From an uncultured Planctomycetota bacterium (GTDB taxonomy: Bacteria > Planctomycetota > Planctomycetia > Isosphaerales > Isosphaeraceae): DNA of 64,000 nucleotides. The translations under genes were made by a program, and so were the position numbers. This document shows positions 1 through 11,185 of this stretch, in pieces; positions within the stretch are counted from its first letter, which is position 1; the number at the start of each line of letters is the position of its first letter. The notes under the pieces were generated by a model. It was given only the letters and a program-made list of their open reading frames with translations. It searched no databases and was not told the origin of the DNA. The DNA is taken from NCBI GenBank assembly GCA_963823665.1, contig CAWGMQ010000004.1, positions 1,216,001-1,280,000 on the forward strand, read 5' to 3'.

Positions 1-762
1 GAGGTGATTCGCGTCTATCTGCCGCCGGACGCGAACTGCCTCCTCTCCGTCACCGACCACTGCCTCCGCAGCCGCGACTACGTCAACGTGATCGTCGCCG
101 GCAAGCAGCCTTCGCTTCAGTGGCTCACCATGGACCAGGCCGTCAAGCACTGCACGGCCGGGCTCTCGATCTGGGACTGGGCCAGCAATGACCAGGCCAG
201 CGAGCCCGACGTCGTCATGGCCTGCTGCGGCGACGTGCCGACGCTCGAGACCCTGGCCGCCGTCCACCTTCTGCGCAGCCACGTGCCCGATCTGAAAGTG
301 CGTGTCGTCAACGTCGTCGACCTGATGAAGCTCCAGCCTGCCGAGGAGCACCCTCACGGCCTGACGCACAAGGAGTTCGACACGATCTTCACCAAAGAGA
401 AGCCGATTATCTTCGCGTTCCACGGCTACCCATGGCTCATTCACCGCCTGACCTATCGCCGCACGAATCATCCGAACCTGCATGTCCGCGGCTACAAGGA
501 GGAGGGAACCACCACAACTCCGTTCGACATGGCGGTGCTCAATCAACTCGACAGGTTCAATCTGGTCAACGACGTGATCGAGCGCGTGCCCAAGCTGGGC
601 GAACGCGCAGCCTATTTCCAGCAAGCGATGCGCGAGAAGCTGATCGAGCACAGGCACTACGTCGCAAAGCACGGCGACGATCTACCCGAAGTGCGCGATT
701 GGAAATGGGGCAGCGGAGCGACGGCTCACGGCAGAGCGGATACCGCCGCGGATAACGTTTGA
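1..762 (+). CDS. xfp: Phosphoketolase (XFP), C-terminal part, truncated by window edge
   Basis: [35 protein letters not shown] and [17 protein letters not shown] are characteristic XFP C-terminal motifs. Confidence 0.95.
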   Translation, partial: EVIRVYLPPDANCLLSVTDHCLRSRDYVNVIVAGKQPSLQWLTMDQAVKHCTAGLSIWDWASNDQASEPDVVMACCGDVPTLETLAAVHLLRSHVPDLKVRVVNVVDLMKLQPAEEHPHGLTHKEFDTIFTKEKPIIFAFHGYPWLIHRLTYRRTNHPNLHVRGYKEEGTTTTPFDMAVLNQLDRFNLVNDVIERVPKLGERAAYFQQAMREKLIEHRHYVAKHGDDLPEVRDWKWGSGATAHGRADTAADNV

Positions 763-879
763 GCTGGTTCAGGACCTACACCCGTCTGGCACTTCCATCG
801 CGCTTCGAGTACGGTTGCAAGATCAGCCGGCCGAATGCGCCCGCGAAGCGATTCGCCTCTTTTCTCAGGGATAACAGAT

Positions 880-2388
880 ATGAGAACTCTCATCATGGTT
901 GCACTGGTCGCTAGCAGTGGATCGTTCTCCGTCGCTCTCGCCGCCGGCGAATCGCCGTCTCTGCCGCGCAGTCAACCGGAGGCGCACGGTATATCGTCCG
1001 CCGCGATTCTCACCTTCGTCGACGAGGCCGAGAAAAAAATCGATGCGCTGCATAGCTTCATGCTCGTTCGCCACGGTCACGTCGTGGCCGAAGGGTGGTG
1101 GTCGCCGTACCAGGCAGAATCTCGCCACGAACTTTACTCGCTCAGCAAGAGCTTCACCTCCACGGCCGTGGGCCTGGCCATCGCAGAGGGAAAGCTGAGT
1201 ATCGATGACGAGGTGCTCAAGTTCTTCCCAGACGATGCTCCCAAACAGCCAAGCGCGAACCTGAAAGCGATGCGCGTGAGCGACCTCTTGCGCATGTCCA
1301 CCGGCCACCAGGCCGAGCCGCGGCGCGAGCCCGGCGCGGTCTGGACCAAACGGTTCCTGGAGCAGCCGGTCCCTTTCAAGCCGGGCACTCACTTCCTCTA
1401 CAACACATCTGCGACTTACATGCTCTCGGCCATCGTTCAAAAAGTCACGGGGATGACCGTGCTCGACTACCTGAAGCCAAGACTCTTCGAGCCGCTGGGC
1501 ATCGAAAACCCGACCTGGGGAACCAGTCCGCAAGGAATCAGCCTGGGCGGATACGGATTGAGCATCCGCACCGAAGACATCGCGCGTTTCGGCCAGCTCT
1601 ATCTCCAGAAGGGGAAGTGGCAAGGAAAGCAGCTCGTTCCGGCCACGTGGGTCGAGGCAGCCACCGCGCGCCAGACTTCAAACGGCAGCAACCCCAAGAG
1701 TGATTGGGACCAAGGTTATGGCTACCAGTTCTGGCGCTCCCGCAACGGTGCCTTCCGCGGTGACGGCGCCTTCGGCCAGTATTGCATCGTCTTGCCCGAT
1801 CAAGACGCAGTGATCGCCATCACCAGCGGCGTGAAAGACATGCAGGCCGTGCTCAATCTGGTGTGGGATCAACTCCTCCCTGCAATGAAACCCACACCGC
1901 TCGCGAACGATCAAGAAACCCAGATGAAGCTCGCGCAGAAGCTGTCGGCTCTGTCGCTACCGCCGCAAGCAGGAAATGGCACGCCCGAAAGAGCATCGAC
2001 CGCAGCCCCCAAGACCTACGTGTTTCCCGCCAACGACCGCAAGCTCGAATCAATCACGCTTCGTTGCGACAACCCGGACGGAGCTGCCAATCTTGAGGTC
2101 CAATCCGGCGGCATCGAACACAAGATTACGTGCACCCCGGGCAAATGGCACAAAGGTCGCTTCGCCTACGGCACGTTCCCGGAGGAGCCCGCAGCGGCAA
2201 GTGGTGCCTGGACCGCCAACGATACGTTCACGGCCAAGATCTGTTTCTACGAAACCCCGATCTGCATTACGATGACCTTGAAGTTCTCCGGCACGGAACT
2301 GCTCCTCGATACCACGTCCAACGTCGGTTTCGGGCCGACGAAGCAACCGCAGCTCGTCGGGAAGGAAAAGCCAACGAAAGTCGACTGA
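880..2388 (+). CDS. Secreted serine hydrolase, beta-lactamase class C/AmpC-like family
   Basis: Signal peptide from ATG880; SxxK (YSLSKSF), YxN-like (FLYNT), LFEPLGI, YGYQFW and GAFGQY motifs. Confidence 0.9.
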   Translation: MRTLIMVALVASSGSFSVALAAGESPSLPRSQPEAHGISSAAILTFVDEAEKKIDALHSFMLVRHGHVVAEGWWSPYQAESRHELYSLSKSFTSTAVGLAIAEGKLSIDDEVLKFFPDDAPKQPSANLKAMRVSDLLRMSTGHQAEPRREPGAVWTKRFLEQPVPFKPGTHFLYNTSATYMLSAIVQKVTGMTVLDYLKPRLFEPLGIENPTWGTSPQGISLGGYGLSIRTEDIARFGQLYLQKGKWQGKQLVPATWVEAATARQTSNGSNPKSDWDQGYGYQFWRSRNGAFRGDGAFGQYCIVLPDQDAVIAITSGVKDMQAVLNLVWDQLLPAMKPTPLANDQETQMKLAQKLSALSLPPQAGNGTPERASTAAPKTYVFPANDRKLESITLRCDNPDGAANLEVQSGGIEHKITCTPGKWHKGRFAYGTFPEEPAAASGAWTANDTFTAKICFYETPICITMTLKFSGTELLLDTTSNVGFGPTKQPQLVGKEKPTKVD

Positions 2389-2428
2389 AATGGCTTTATC
2401 CCCCAAAACCGCGCTGCAAAAAACCAAT

Positions 2429-2495
2429 GCCCCGAAGGGGCGCAACAACAAAGCCCAGGGCATCGCCCTGGGTTTCCAACGCATCGCCCTGGGTT
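2429..2495. repeat. REP-like twin-hairpin element
   Basis: GCCCC-GAA-GGGGC (2429-2441) and CCCAGGGC-ATC-GCCCTGGG (2454-2472), plus a direct repeat of GCATCGCCCTGGGTT (2460-2474 and 2481-2495), in an intergenic spacer. Confidence 0.65.
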
Positions 2496-2506
2496 CCCTC
2501 AACAAC

Positions 2507-4202
2507 ATGCTTCGTGCATTCGTCGCTGCGTTTGTGGGAATCTCGCTTGCCACGACCGTCGGCTGTAAAAACGATGCAGCCCGGCCGACTCCAAAGCCGC
2601 AAGCCCACCCTGACCCACTCGTCTTCCGCGCACAGGACCTTCCGTTTCAGTACGACCGTGGCGAAACCGGATCGGCGTGGCCGGTCGAGACGACCGGCGG
2701 AGGTGTGGGCCTTCTCGATTTCGACGGCGACAGCCGGCTCGATATCTTCCTGGCACAAGGAGGCCCGCTCAAAGGGCCCGTCGATCCCCGAAAGTCAAGC
2801 GATGTGCTGCTCCGTAACTCCGGCGACGGAGATTCGAAGACATCTCCGAGCGCGTCGGGCTATCCGCGAAGGGATACGGTCAAGGAGTGACGGTGGCCGA
2901 CTACGATGGTGATGGCGATCCCGACGTCTACGTGACGCGCTATGGCCGAAACACGCTCTGGCGAAACGACCGTAAAGAAGGCCGATTCACCGATGTGACG
3001 GAAGAGGCCGGCGTCGGCTGCGGTAGCTGGAGCTTCGGCGGCCGCATTCGGCGATTACGATTTCGACGGCGATCTTGATCTCTTTGTGGCCAATTATTTC
3101 GCGTTCGACGAGTCAAAGGCGCCGTTCCGGCGCGACCCGGTCACCGGCGCCGCAGACTACGGCCTGCCCCAGGATTTCGCCGGCTTGCCCGACGTTCTGT
3201 TCCGGAACGAAGGCAACGGCCGGTTCAAAGACGTCACGAAATCGGCGGGTGTGGCAGGCCTGGGACGCGGCATGGGAATCCTGGCGAGTGATGTCGATGG
3301 CGACGGCCGGCTCGATTGGCTCGTCGCCAACGATGCCGAAAGCAACTCACTCTGGCGAAACCGCGGCGACGGAACTTTTGAGGACGTGGCTGACCCGATC
3401 GGCCTGGCGGTGAACGGCCAGGGGCTCTCCGAGGCCAACATGGGCATCGCCTTCGGAGATACCAACGGCGACACACTTCCAGATGTCTTGATAAGTCACT
3501 TGTACAATGAGCACACAACACTCTGGCGCGCGCACCGGCCGCCCGGAAGATGGCCTCCTCTTCCAGGACCAGACAAGCGAGGCCGGTCTGGCCGTCGATT
3601 CCCGGCCGCTCACCGGCTGGGGAATCGTGCTGGCCGACCTGGATCTCGACGGTGATCTCGACGTCCTCACCACGAACGGCCATATCCGCCACGAGCCATC
3701 GCAGCTCTACCGCTACGAGAACCCGCCGATGCTCTGGCGAAATCTCGGCAACGGGCGCTTTGCCAATGTCACCGCGGATGCCGGCCCGTACTTCACAGCA
3801 CTTCACATGGGCCGCGGCCTGGCCGCCGGCGATCTGGACTCCGACGGCGATCTCGATTTCGTCGTCGTCCACCATCACAAGCCCAGCGCCGTGCTCTGGA
3901 ATGAGTCGCCACGCCAGGGCAATTACGTGATCATGAAACTGCGAGGTGCCGGCGCAAATCGCGACGCCATCGGCGCCCGGCTCGTCGCCCACGCCGGCCC
4001 GCGAACATTCGTTCGCACCGTCGACGGCGGCGGAAGCTATATCTCCGCGAGTGACAAGAGCGTCCATTTCGGCCTCGGCGACGCCAAGCTGATCGATCGC
4101 CTGGAAATCCGCTGGCCCTCCGGCAAAGTCGACGTGAAAACCGACGTGCCGGTAAACCAAACCATCGAATGCGCCGAAAGCAAGCGATCCGCAGAGCGTT
4201 GA
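2507..4202 (+). CDS. CRTAC1/FG-GAP repeat lipoprotein with C-terminal ASPIC/UnbV domain (several frameshifts, probably sequencing errors)
   Basis: Lipoprotein-like signal (LATTVG-C); repeated DxDGDGxxD motifs across ORFs 2390-2890, 2887-3078, 3086-3655 and 3507-4202; NRDAIGAR, GGSYIS, VHFGLG and IRWPSG of ASPIC/UnbV. Confidence 0.9.
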
Positions 4203-4207
4203 TCGCC

Positions 4208-4263
4208 CGCAGCGTACGCTGCGCAAAGCTTCCCCCCTTTAGAAGGGGGGGCCAGGGGGGGTG
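4208..4263. repeat. Palindrome plus REP-like C/G hairpin between convergent genes
   Basis: Perfect 16-bp palindrome CGCAGCGTACGCTGCG (4208-4223) followed by CCCCCCTT-TAG-AAGGGGGG and a second G-run. Confidence 0.55.
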
Positions 4264-4289
4264 CATTGCGGTCGCCGCAGCACCGTTCA

Positions 4290-5049
4290 TCAACCCCTGC
4301 CAACGTACGGCATCTTGGTCGCCATCACCGTCATGAACAGCACGTTGGCATCCAGCGGCAGGCTCGCCATGTAGACGACAGCCCGCGCCACGTGCTCGAC
4401 ATCGAACGTGGGCTCGACGACGATCGCACCGTTAGGCTGCAAAATCCCGTCCTTCATCCGGGCGGTCATCTCCGTGCCGGCATTGCCGATGTCGATCTGC
4501 CCGCAGGCGATGTCGTACTTGCGCCGTCCAGGCGCTGTCGACTTGGTCAGCCCCGAGATGGCGTGCTTGGTCGCGGTGTAAGGCGCTGAGTTCGGGCGCG
4601 GTGTGTAGGCCGAGATCGATCCATTATTGATGATGCGGCCGCCCCGAGGATCTTGCGCCTTCATCACGCGAAATGCCTCGCGCGTGCAGAGGAACGCACC
4701 GGTCAAATTAACGTCGACAACGCGTCGCCACGCATCGAATTCCAGATCTTCGAGCGGCACCGGCGGAGCGCCTGTCCCGGCATTGTTGAACAAGATGTCC
4801 ACGCGCCCGAAGGCCGCCGTGGCCGCGCCGAAGAGCGCCGCGACCGACTTCGGGTCCGTGACGTCGGTGGGAACGGCCAGCGCCGGCGAGCCGTCGCCTC
4901 CTGCTCGAACCACAGTCTCCGCGAGGGCCTCACTCCGGCGGCCGGCAAGCGACAACCGCAAACCCTTCTCTTAGCAGTGCCAGGGCCGCCGCCCGGCCGA
5001 TGCCCGAGCCCGCGCCGGTGACGATCGCGGTCCTTCGTGGCGAGTTCAT
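4290..5049 (-). CDS. Short-chain dehydrogenase/reductase (frameshift near 4965)
   Basis: TGAGSGIG in ORF 4930-5205 joins NNAG, YTATK and IDIGNA in ORF 4290-4961. Confidence 0.9.
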
Positions 5050-5086
5050 GCTGAAATGGCCCCCGCGGTCAAACCGGCACGGTTGG

Positions 5087-5626
5087 TTACTTCGAGCTTC
5101 GGGCACTCTTGCGGGCCGGAGCCGTTGTTGATTTTGCGGTCTGCGCCGCCTTCCGCGCCGGTGCCTGCTCCTTGGCCGCCTTGAGCCCGGCCTCGCAGTG
5201 CGCAATGTATTTCTTCGCCGGCACTCTCTTGATCAACTCGCCTATCACGTCGAGCGCGAGGTCCTCGACCTTCTTGAAACGCACGCACGACTTGCCCATG
5301 TCGAGCTTCTTCCCGGTCTTGGCCCACGCCTCCTGAAACCATTTCGCGAGGTCTGTACCGCCGTAGACGCACATGAGATAAAGTGACATATGGTTCTTTT
5401 GCGAGGCCAGCGCCGCAAACGGCAACGGCTGCTTGGGGTCGCAATGGTATCCCGCCGGGTAGACACGATGCGGCACGAAATAGCCGATCATGCCATACTG
5501 GATTCCTTCCTCGTAATCCTTGTCGAGGTTCTTGAGAACGACCCGCCGAACCGCTTCGATGGCCTTGCGTCGATCCTCCGGTAATTCGGCGAGGTACTGT
5601 TCGACTGTCGTCGCTTTGCTTTGCAT
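5087..5626 (-). CDS. DUF1801 (YdhG-like) protein with Lys/Ala-rich tail
   Basis: MQSKATTVEQYL, YGMIGY, YPAGYHCDP, ASQKNHMSLY and LDMGKSCVRFKK. Confidence 0.85.
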   Translation of the reverse strand: MQSKATTVEQYLAELPEDRRKAIEAVRRVVLKNLDKDYEEGIQYGMIGYFVPHRVYPAGYHCDPKQPLPFAALASQKNHMSLYLMCVYGGTDLAKWFQEAWAKTGKKLDMGKSCVRFKKVEDLALDVIGELIKRVPAKKYIAHCEAGLKAAKEQAPARKAAQTAKSTTAPARKSARSSK

Positions 5627-5784
5627 GGAAGGACTGTCTTGTCGAAGAGTGTTGATCCACGGTGATGCTTCGGCCCGAACAGCCCGCAGCCGATGCACAA
5701 TCTTTGGTATTCTACAAGCTCGTACCACCAGTTGCAGCAAGGCTCTCCAGCCCAGGATAGGCCCGACTCATGAACCAGGTGAGT

Positions 5785-6897
5785 ATGTTGGATTCCGTGC
5801 CGGCGGCTACGGCCGGCCTGTTCCTATTGCTACTCCTTGCAATGCCAGCACAGAACCACGCAGAAGAACCGAGGCCGGCATTGACCAAGGAACGGGCGTC
5901 CGCGTTCGCGCGGCTCGCGCTCAAGGGACTGAACAAGGAATACCCCAACAAACCCGAGCACGTCATGGCCGGCCCGTCCGATGTGGCCGCGCCGAAGGTA
6001 CTCCACCCCGCGTTCTTCGGCTGCTACGACTGGCACTCGTCCGTACACGGCCACTGGATGCTGGTGCGCCTGCTGCGGCTCTTCCCGGACTTACCCGAAG
6101 GAATCGAGACCCGCGCCATCCTGGCCGCACATTTCACCGCAGCGAATCTGAAAGCCGAGGCCGATTACTTCGGCCGAAAGGAGAGCAAGTCGTTCGAGAG
6201 GCCCTACGGCTGGGCCTGGCTGCTCAAGCTCGCGGAAGAGCTCCACGGCTGGGACGACCCCGATGCCTTGGTCTGGTCCAAGAACTTCCAGCCGCTCGCC
6301 GACATGATCGTCGCGCGATATCTCGATTATTTCCCCAAGCAGACGTACCCGATCCGAACGGGCGTGCATCCCAACACAGCCTTCGGCCTTGCGTTCGCAT
6401 ACGACTACGCCCGCGCCCTGGACGACAAGCGTCTTCTGGCGCTGGTGCAGGAGCGGGCGCGCACCTACTTCGGCGCCGATTCAGGCATCCCAGCGGCCTG
6501 GGAGCCCGGCGGTGCAGATTTCTTCTCGCCGAGTCTGATCGAGGCCGACCTGATGCGGCGCGTCCTCTCGCCGCCTGATTTCCGCGCCTGGTTCGACAGG
6601 TTCCTGCCCTCGGCCTCCCGGGGTGAGCCGGTTGCCCTTTTCGCACCCGTGACGGTCACGGATCGAACCGACCCGCAGCTCGTTCACCTGGACGGACTGA
6701 ACTTGAGCCGCGCGTGGTGCATGATGAGTATCGCCGGCGCTCTTCCCCGCGGCGACGCAGCCCGCGCCGCTCTCACGGCTTCGGCTGCCCGTCACGCCGA
6801 GTCTGCCCTCGAGCACGTGGCCAGCGGCGACTATGCGGGCGAGCACTGGCTGGCCTCGTTCGCGGTGTATCTTCTCTCGGCGCCGGCTGTCGACTGA
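5785..6897 (+). CDS. DUF2891 family secreted protein
   Basis: Signal peptide; HPAFFGCYDWHSSVHGHW, FERPYGWAW, HLDGLNLSRAW and YAGEHWLASFA. Confidence 0.88.
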   Translation: MLDSVPAATAGLFLLLLLAMPAQNHAEEPRPALTKERASAFARLALKGLNKEYPNKPEHVMAGPSDVAAPKVLHPAFFGCYDWHSSVHGHWMLVRLLRLFPDLPEGIETRAILAAHFTAANLKAEADYFGRKESKSFERPYGWAWLLKLAEELHGWDDPDALVWSKNFQPLADMIVARYLDYFPKQTYPIRTGVHPNTAFGLAFAYDYARALDDKRLLALVQERARTYFGADSGIPAAWEPGGADFFSPSLIEADLMRRVLSPPDFRAWFDRFLPSASRGEPVALFAPVTVTDRTDPQLVHLDGLNLSRAWCMMSIAGALPRGDAARAALTASAARHAESALEHVASGDYAGEHWLASFAVYLLSAPAVD

Positions 6898-7080
6898 CCA
6901 AGCCATCGCGGCGCCGCAAATAGTCGCACTCGGCGGTGGCCGCAGAGCGCCCGGGCTGATATAATCTTCCAAAGCTCCGGATCGGCTCATGGGAACGCCG
7001 CGTGCGAATGATCGGCGGCGATTCCGTTTAGCATGAGCCTGCCGGCATGTCGCGATCAGCGTGTCAGTTAACAATCGAGG

Positions 7081-7650
7081 ATGAGAATCATGAGACGACT
7101 GATGTTCGTTGGCGTCGGGGTTATCGTTTCGTGCCTTGCGCTCTCGGTCAAAGCGCAGGATTCAAAGTCCGACGATCAGTCGGCCTACAAACTGCTGGCG
7201 AAGGAAGAAGGCGTTTGGGATGCCGACATCAAGGTGATGATACCCGGCGCGGATGGAAAGGTAGAGACCTCGACTTCCAAGGGAGTCGAGACCAATCGGA
7301 TGCTCGGGGGTAAATGGCTGATCAGCGATTTCAAGGGCGAAATGGGCGGGTCGACATTCGAAGGCCACGGCACCAACGGATACGATGCCAAGAAGAACAA
7401 GTACATCGGAACCTGGGTCGATACGATGTCCGTACGCATCGACACCATGGAAGGCACGTACGACGACAAGACCAAAACGCTGACCTTGAACTCCGATAGC
7501 GAGACACCCGACGGCAAGCCCATGAAGATGCGGCTAGAGACCCAATTCAACGACGATGGAACGAGAACCTTCAGCCTTTACATGCAGGCCGAGGGCCAGA
7601 AGGAATTCGCCAAATCGATGGAGATCAAGTACACGAAGCGGAAGAGCTGA
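7081..7650 (+). CDS. DUF1579 family secreted protein
   Basis: Signal peptide; G-x-W start, FEGHGTNGYD, KYIGTWVDTM and MEIKYTK C-terminus. Confidence 0.8.
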   Translation: MRIMRRLMFVGVGVIVSCLALSVKAQDSKSDDQSAYKLLAKEEGVWDADIKVMIPGADGKVETSTSKGVETNRMLGGKWLISDFKGEMGGSTFEGHGTNGYDAKKNKYIGTWVDTMSVRIDTMEGTYDDKTKTLTLNSDSETPDGKPMKMRLETQFNDDGTRTFSLYMQAEGQKEFAKSMEIKYTKRKS

Positions 7651-7688
7651 ATTCCGCGCCGCAAACGCCCATTGTGCCCGTGAAGCTA

Positions 7689-7716
7689 TTGACATTCGAA
7701 AGCCCGATCGTAAGCT
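7689..7716 (+). promoter_or_regulatory. Putative sigma70 promoter for the cytochrome c' gene
   Basis: TTGACA (7689-7694), 16-nt spacer, TAAGCT (7711-7716). Confidence 0.45.
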
Positions 7717-7863
7717 GAGAAGTGTAATCCTGCTCATGGCGGGCGGGCTGAATGTCGGGCGGCTATGGTGGCCTCGCAGTGCGAAATATCGCACCGCGAG
7801 GCTTTCGTGTTTTCTGGGCCGATCAAATCTCGATCAACCTCGACCCCGAGGGAAGGAAGTGCG

Positions 7864-8271
7864 ATGAAGAAGTCACTCGCTACGCTCGCAGCGCTCATCC
7901 TGATCACCGCGCCCCTGGCTATACAGCCCACTCGCGGAGATGATCAGCAAGACAAGGAAAAGGAGAAACCCGCCAGCATCTGGATGAAAATGAAGCTCTC
8001 GGCAACGCAGAACATCCTGGCCGGGTTGACAAAGGGTGACTTCGACGAAATCGAAAAGAACGCTCAATCAATGCTGTTCGTGGACCATCTTGAAAAGTGG
8101 CTGCGCGCCGATACGCCCGGTTACAACATGAAGCTGAAAAACTTCGAGTACGCGAACAAATCCTTGAAGCTGGCGGCTCATGAGAAGAACATCGACGGTG
8201 CAGCCATCGCCTACGTCCAACTGACCCTGAGCTGTGTGGAGTGCCACAAGCTCATTCGCGACGTGAAGTAG
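7864..8271 (+). CDS. Small secreted class II (cytochrome c'-like) c-type cytochrome
   Basis: Signal peptide MKKSLATLAAL, helical body, single C-terminal CVECH. Confidence 0.75.
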   Translation: MKKSLATLAALILITAPLAIQPTRGDDQQDKEKEKPASIWMKMKLSATQNILAGLTKGDFDEIEKNAQSMLFVDHLEKWLRADTPGYNMKLKNFEYANKSLKLAAHEKNIDGAAIAYVQLTLSCVECHKLIRDVK

Positions 8272-9669
8272 CGTCCGGGCGCAAGTCGTACTCGCGGATC
8301 TTGTCGAAGAGCTGCCGGCGGCTGATTCCCAGCCGTTCGGCGGTTTTCGTGCGATTGCCGTTGCAGGCAGCCAGAGCGCGGGCGATCTCTCGACGCTCGA
8401 CTTCGGCGAGGAGTGCCCGGAGTGGAACGGGCTCTGCGTCGTCTACGACCGCGGCGGCATTCGCGTCGAGTAGATCCTCCGAGTCGAGGTGATCGGGAAG
8501 AATGGCTCTCCCCCGCGCGAGATCGCAGCCCTCGCCAGTGCATTCTCGAGCTGGCGGACATTTCCCGGCCATGATCGCTCCTTGATCGCAGCGAGCGCCT
8601 CGGGCGAGAGAGACAGCTCACCCCAGCCATGCCGTTGCTCTACACGCCGCAGGATGTTCTCCGCAAGAAGCGGTATGTCTTCGGCACGATCGCGTAGAGG
8701 AGGGATGACGATCCGACCAACATTCAAACGGTAGAAAAGGTCTTCCCGGAATCGGCCGGCGGCGACCTCTTTTGCCAGATCGCGGTGCGTCGCCGAGATC
8801 ACTCGAGCGTCGGCACGCAGCGTCTCCGTGCCGCCCACCCGCTCAAATTCGCACTGCTGAATCACACGCAAGATCTTCGACTGCGCCGATTGTGGCAGCT
8901 CAGCCACTTCGTCGAGGAAGATCGTGCCGCCGGAGGCACGTTCAAAGCGTCCCGGCTTCTGGCGGTCGGCGCCGGTGAACGCACCCCGCTCGTGGCCGAA
9001 CAACTCGCTTTCGACAAGACCTTCCGGAAGCGCGCCACAATTGACCCTGATGAAAGGTCCGCTAACGCGATTGGAGTGGCGATGGAGCGCGGCCGCGACT
9101 AGCTCCTTCCCGGTCCCGCTCTCGCCAACGATCAACACCGGAGCATCGGTGGCCGCGGTGAGGCCGATCAGCTTGAAAACCTCTCGCATCGCCGCACTTC
9201 CGCCGATGAGCTCCGGCTCGGACTCGCCGTCTTCATCGGGCACATCCTCGGGAGTTCGATCGGACCGCGCTCGCAGCGCCTTGACCTCGGACGCCAGTGC
9301 TCGCTGTCTGAGAGCTCGTTTCAGTGTGAGCAAGAGCTCGTCGAGATCAAATGGCTTGGTCAAGTAGTCGTACGCGCCGCGCCGCATCGCCTCGATCGCA
9401 GCGGCCGAGCCCCCGAAAGCGGTGACGACGATCACCGGCAGGTCCCCGAGCGCCGGCCCCAGCTCGTGCAGGACCTCGAGGCCGTCACGCCCAGGCATCT
9501 TGAGATCCAGCAGCACCGCGTCAGGTCCGTTCGAGCGGATGGACTTCAGCGTCCCGTCGCCGTCTGATGCTTCGAGCGCTCGATAGCCTTCGGACTCCAG
9601 GAGCTTGACGAGATTTCGGCGAATCGTGCGGTCGTCGTCGGCTACCAGGATCTTCGCAGTTGCGTCCAT
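8252..9669 (-). CDS. Sigma54-dependent response regulator, NtrC/AtoC/ZraR type (frameshift near 8515)
   Basis: Receiver domain (LLDLKMP), GESGTGKE, GAFTGA, FREDLFYRLNV, WPGNVRQL; Fis-type HTH (GNRTKTAERLGISR) in ORF 8252-8572. Confidence 0.95.
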
Positions 9670-11057
9670 CAGAGAGAATCTCCATTCCGGCCGGGGATGT
9701 ATGCGGGCAGGGTCACCGTGAAGACCGCGCCGGTTCCCTCGGTCCGGTTGCCGGCGCCCAGCTCGCCTCGATGTGCCAGCACAATCTCGCGGGCAATGGC
9801 AAGGCCGAGCCCGGTGCCTTCGGGTTTGGTTGTGAAGAATGGCTCGAAAAGATGACCGAGTACCTCGGGCGGCAGCCCAGGTCCGGAATCGGCCACGCTG
9901 GCCGTGACGGTGGAACGGCTCAGGTCGCCGCGTGTCGAAACACGAAGCGTTCCTCCCCTCGGCATCGCCTGGATGCCGTTGCTCGTCAGGTTGCGAAAGA
10001 CCTGCAACAGCGCGGGTGCGGCCATGGCCACAGCCGGCAGATTCGGGTCGAGCTCGATCTCGACGCGCACACCGCTTGGCTCGGCCTGGCTCGTCGCAAG
10101 CCGCCCCGCTTCAGCCAGCACAAAATTCAGATCGCCCGCCGCGAGTTCCTGGGCGTCGGCCCTCGAGAACTGAAGCAGCCGCGAGACGATTTCCTCGAGG
10201 CGGTCGACCTCGTGGACCAACCCGCCCAGCGATTCGTCATCCAGCCCGAGAACTCCGCGCTGCCAGAGCTGGGCCGTCGATCGAATGCCGGCCAGCGGGT
10301 TGCGAACCTCGTGTGCAACCCCGGCGAGAAGCTTGCCCAGCGCGGCCAGACGCTCGCTTCGTCGCAGGTCGGTCTGCAATCGTTCCCGCTCGACAGCCTG
10401 ACGGCGAACGGTCAGAGCCAAACCCGTGGTCAGCGCGAACGCGAGGGCGATGCCCGCCAGCGCCAACCCCGATGCAAGCCGGTAGCCCTGGAGCGAAGCG
10501 TCGACGAACAACGGATCGAGCAGGCGAGTCATCACCCAGCTCGCACCGACGACTCGCCCCTTGACCTCCAGCGGTGCAGTGCGAATGGCTACGGTAACCG
10601 GGCGTTCGCCTTCCAGCTCCTCGACGGAAAAGAGCACCTGCTTTCGTCGAATCGCGGCGTCGACCTGGATGTCGATCAGGTCGGCCTCGAGCTCGGGCAG
10701 AGCGGTGCCCAGGAAACTCTTGAACCTCAGGACGAAGTAGCCGCCCTCGATCTCGATCCCTGCGAACGTCGCGAGCGCCTGGTTGGTCGTGGCCGAAAGG
10801 TGCCGGTCTAGCTCATCGCGTGAACGTTCCTCCGGGTAGTCGAAATCGCCCGCTTCCGCAATGAGCTCGCGGCCGCGAGCCGCAAGGTCATTTCCCGCAA
10901 GCTCGAGCAGGTCCTTCGCCTGCGACCTGCGCCTCTCGCGCGCCACGACAGCCGATCCAGTCGTCCAGAGCACGACGAGGGCCGCGACGAACAGCGCTGC
11001 CACCACACTCACCTGAAGCGCGAGAGGCACCCTCAGCTTGACCCGGCCAAATGACAT
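9669..11057 (-). CDS. Membrane sensor histidine kinase
   Basis: Two TM helices, H-box AHEVRNPL, N/G/F boxes (DSGPG, FEPFFTTK, GTGLGL); translationally coupled to the regulator. Confidence 0.93.
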   Translation of the reverse strand: MSFGRVKLRVPLALQVSVVAALFVAALVVLWTTGSAVVARERRRSQAKDLLELAGNDLAARGRELIAEAGDFDYPEERSRDELDRHLSATTNQALATFAGIEIEGGYFVLRFKSFLGTALPELEADLIDIQVDAAIRRKQVLFSVEELEGERPVTVAIRTAPLEVKGRVVGASWVMTRLLDPLFVDASLQGYRLASGLALAGIALAFALTTGLALTVRRQAVERERLQTDLRRSERLAALGKLLAGVAHEVRNPLAGIRSTAQLWQRGVLGLDDESLGGLVHEVDRLEEIVSRLLQFSRADAQELAAGDLNFVLAEAGRLATSQAEPSGVRVEIELDPNLPAVAMAAPALLQVFRNLTSNGIQAMPRGGTLRVSTRGDLSRSTVTASVADSGPGLPPEVLGHLFEPFFTTKPEGTGLGLAIAREIVLAHRGELGAGNRTEGTGAVFTVTLPAYIPGRNGDSL

Positions 11058-11185
11058 CCTCGAAACCTCGACTCTGCGGCCTTCTGATGACAACCAGGAA
11101 CCACGATCACTTCCTCCGCTCCATATTTTCGCAAAACTCGCGCCATGTCGCCAAATGCTCGTCTCGTTGGAATTCGTCGCAGCAG

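Noticed and set aside
880..2388. True beta-lactam resistance gene
   Set aside because: Motifs fit the broad esterase/amidase branch of the family; it is 50 kb from the BlaI/M56 pair, which has no recognisable penicillin-binding domain
2390..2506. N-terminal extension of the CRTAC1 ORF from ATG2390
   Set aside because: It translates the REP-like element; the signal peptide begins at ATG2507
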